DNA of 41,162 nucleotides from positions 1-41,162 of the IMG/VR virus record IMGVR_UViG_3300009709_000009. One strand, given 5' to 3'. Of this stretch, positions 39,196 to 41,162 are shown piece by piece (the stretch's first letter is position 1; every line of letters begins with the position of its first letter). Below the pieces are notes generated by a model. The model was given only the letters and a program-made list of their open reading frames with translations. It was not told where the DNA came from and did not search any database. Origin of the DNA: a virus. The translations under genes and the position numbers were made by a program.

Positions 39196-40175
39196 TTCAC
39201 CATATCGTAACGGACGCGATAGTACCCATCGGCATCCGTGGTTACGGCTTCCGGCTGCAATTCCAGAAGATCCTGTGCCATATAGCCAATGTGTGTTACA
39301 GGAGATCCAATGTACTTAAACTTATAAACTGGAACGCCGGAATCAGTCTTACCAATTCGCTCGATATCTTCTTTAAGGCGACGATCTGAAGGTATTGGAA
39401 GAGCGGATGCCAAACCTCCAAACAACCCACCAAGAGCGCCCATCTGGCTGTTATAACGGCTCATGTCTGCCTGATATTTCTGATTAACAAGACCAGAATA
39501 ATCCACACCAGCTACCTGAGACTGCGGGGTCTGCGCAAACGTACCATTAGGAGACTGCACCTGAGTACCAGACATAAGGCCAATGATTTCGTTCAATGGC
39601 TGGTTACGTTGCGCAAGCTGTTCTTGGAATGCCTGAGAACGTCCTGTCAAAGCAAGCTGATTGTTTTGGTCAGTATTAGCGTTAGTAAGACGCGCCATTT
39701 CAGTATTGTATGCAGCTGTACCCGGCCTAATACCGGAATTAATCAAACGGTTTTCTAGATCTTTACGGTTCTGCTCCTGCTGCGGCGCAATACGACCTTG
39801 AGCCAAATCATAAGCCCAATTTTCAGCAGACTGATTATTAAACTCGAATGGGCTTTTAAGATAATCTCCAAGCCATGCAGACTGATCATTGGCAATGTTT
39901 GCAAGGTTTCCTTGCGCAGACTGAGATGCGTCGAAAATCTTCTGCTGTTCTGGCGACAATGTTGTATTTGCAGTGTACTGAGGAACCTCAATGCGCTTAC
40001 CGTTAGGGTCCGTAACCCATGTTGATCCGGTCTGCTGATAATCCAGAGATCCCCATGGCGAGTTTTGACCAATCATGTTCATCTGCTGCTGCTGCTGAGC
40101 CGTGAAAGAGTTCCACGCGCCTTGCGCCGCTGCCGTCTGTGCTGGATCTGGAGCTTTAGGTGCGGATTTACCCAT
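39192..40175 (-). CDS. Q/N-rich virion protein with a C-terminal S74 intramolecular chaperone domain (327 aa from ATG 40175).
   Basis: The C-terminus PIPSDRRLKEDIERIGKTDSGVPVYKFKYIGSPVTHIGYMAQDLLELQPEAVTTDADGYYRVRYDMV matches the Peptidase_S74 auto-cleaving chaperone. A GAGGTGG RBS precedes it. ATG 40175 overlaps the GNAT stop (TAATG). Confidence 0.75.
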   Translation of the reverse strand: MGKSAPKAPDPAQTAAAQGAWNSFTAQQQQQMNMIGQNSPWGSLDYQQTGSTWVTDPNGKRIEVPQYTANTTLSPEQQKIFDASQSAQGNLANIANDQSAWLGDYLKSPFEFNNQSAENWAYDLAQGRIAPQQEQNRKDLENRLINSGIRPGTAAYNTEMARLTNANTDQNNQLALTGRSQAFQEQLAQRNQPLNEIIGLMSGTQVQSPNGTFAQTPQSQVAGVDYSGLVNQKYQADMSRYNSQMGALGGLFGGLASALPIPSDRRLKEDIERIGKTDSGVPVYKFKYIGSPVTHIGYMAQDLLELQPEAVTTDADGYYRVRYDMVK

Positions 40176-40615
40176 TACACCACCTCTACTGTGTTGTATC
40201 TGGACGCTCTCCACTCGTCGTCATTCATCGTGAAAATATATTCAGACTCATCACGCCCACGCAAACGTGGTACGTAAACTTCTGAAAATCCAAATTTTCT
40301 TGCAATACCAATCATCGTTTTATTTCTTTCGGAAACTCTCAATACAACTAATTGACAGCCTAGACGAGTGAATGGCAAAAAGAACATAGCATTAATCACG
40401 CTCTTTGTCAGCCATCTTTTACTAACCGAAGCCGAAGACAATTCTATAACGCCGCTTTCAGGATGGTAATTGTGATACAATGTGCCAGCGATTAAATCGC
40501 CGTCCTCAAAAACACCCATACTACAGAAGTCTTTTATTGTTATATTGGCTTCTCTGCATACAAAAAACCCAACAGCTTCATTAGCCGCCGGGTTCATTTT
40601 TTCGCTGTAATACAT
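40175..40615 (-). CDS. GNAT-fold N-acetyltransferase-like protein (about 146 aa).
   Basis: VVLRVSERNKTMIGIARKFGFSEV resembles the RimJ/Acetyltransf_3 C-terminal motif. ATG 40615 lies 9 nt after the upstream stop; the track starts at TTG 40627. Confidence 0.55.
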   Translation of the reverse strand: MYYSEKMNPAANEAVGFFVCREANITIKDFCSMGVFEDGDLIAGTLYHNYHPESGVIELSSASVSKRWLTKSVINAMFFLPFTRLGCQLVVLRVSERNKTMIGIARKFGFSEVYVPRLRGRDESEYIFTMNDDEWRASRYNTVEVV

Positions 40616-40623
40616 GGTGTGTA

Positions 40624-41162
40624 TCAAGTGATGATCTCGCCCATTGTGAAACTCATTTCGAGATTAATAATCTCTACGTCCAAAGGAACGTTGCCGCCAG
40701 AAGTTACCTGATAGCAAAGAGAAACATAATACCCTAAACCTCCTAGTGATTTCCACTGCTCGCTAATGACGGTTGGGTTCGTCCCCCCCCATACAGATTG
40801 CCCCCAGATTCCAGACCCCCATGCATTAGAGCCGTCTGCACTGCTTGCTGTTGGCTGATACCCTGGATTGATATCAAAGTCAGACTTGAATTTCAGCGAA
40901 TAAGACAAGTTTGTCTTAGCTCTGGTTTTCCCTCTACCAAGCTTTGGGACCTTACGATTTGAAGGAAAACCGAGATCATCAAACAATGGGATATAAACGC
41001 CAGTAAACGTCTGCCCGTTGTCATTCCCTGTTACGTTAGCCTTGAATACCTCACCGGCTGGACCGCCGAAATAAAGTTCCCCTTGGAACACACACATAGC
41101 TCGGGCATCCCAATTGGTGTAACGACACCATGCGCCCGTTTCAGTATTTGAAATAAGCAACG
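40624..41162 (-). CDS. C-terminal part of the large tail protein that starts at 1501 (wraps across the junction).
   Basis: Same frame as 1..1501 after superimposing the overlap. The sequence ...NPTLLISNTETGAWCRYTNWDARAM... is continuous across the junction. Confidence 0.7.
   Translation of the reverse strand, partial: LLISNTETGAWCRYTNWDARAMCVFQGELYFGGPAGEVFKANVTGNDNGQTFTGVYIPLFDDLGFPSNRKVPKLGRGKTRAKTNLSYSLKFKSDFDINPGYQPTASSADGSNAWGSGIWGQSVWGGTNPTVISEQWKSLGGLGYYVSLCYQVTSGGNVPLDVEIINLEMSFTMGEIIT
41040..41162. repeat. Terminal overlap copy 2, identical to 1-123.
   Basis: Same 123-nt string as the window start. Confidence 0.95.

Noticed and set aside
1-41162. tRNA genes, CRISPR arrays, rRNA or transposon ends.
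   Set aside because: I noticed no cloverleaf-type T-loop contexts, no regularly spaced direct repeats and no terminal inverted repeats flanking transposase-like ORFs while reading. This was not an exhaustive computational scan.

Overview
The window is a complete, circularly closed tailed-phage genome of about 41.0 kb. Bases 1-123 are identical to 41040-41162. The junction lies inside an ORF that reads through it in frame, so the unique unit is about 41,039 bp.

There are three transcription blocks:
- A leftward block runs 15747->1 and continues across the junction, 41162->29927. It carries small early ORFs, a GcrA-like regulator, terS and terL, then portal, scaffold and capsid. Next come tail tubular-like proteins, ejection proteins, two receptor-binding proteins and a lysis cassette.
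- A 500-bp AT-rich divergent control region with three repeat families lies at 15748-16262.
- A rightward replication/recombination block runs 16263->29952. It carries a PrimPol-helicase fusion, a Sak4-like ATPase, a DUF669 SSB-like protein, an orphan DnaQ/PolB-type exonuclease, an SF2 helicase, VRR-NUC, many tightly coupled ORFans and a DnaA domain-IV-only protein.

The structural gene order is T7-like. I found no RNA polymerase, DNA polymerase, integrase, tRNA or CRISPR array. The GcrA-like and DnaA-like genes point to an alphaproteobacterial host. From memory only, the size and content resemble the ~41-kb Brucella/Ochrobactrum podophages; this is unverified.

Most noteworthy observations:
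- A possible host cell-cycle takeover pair: a GcrA-like protein with a duplicated HTH, plus a DnaA domain IV protein.
- A replication module without a polymerase, built around a PrimPol-helicase.
- Three AT-rich free-standing HNH-type endonuclease genes. One has an RBS-sequestering hairpin with TATAAT in its loop. One lies antisense inside the lysis cassette.
- A GH108 endolysin with two C-terminal TM helices.
- A reversed-order spanin-like gene pair.
- A GNAT gene and an S74 self-cleaving chaperone domain inside the ejection-protein cluster.

All family assignments come from motif recognition by eye; no searches were run.
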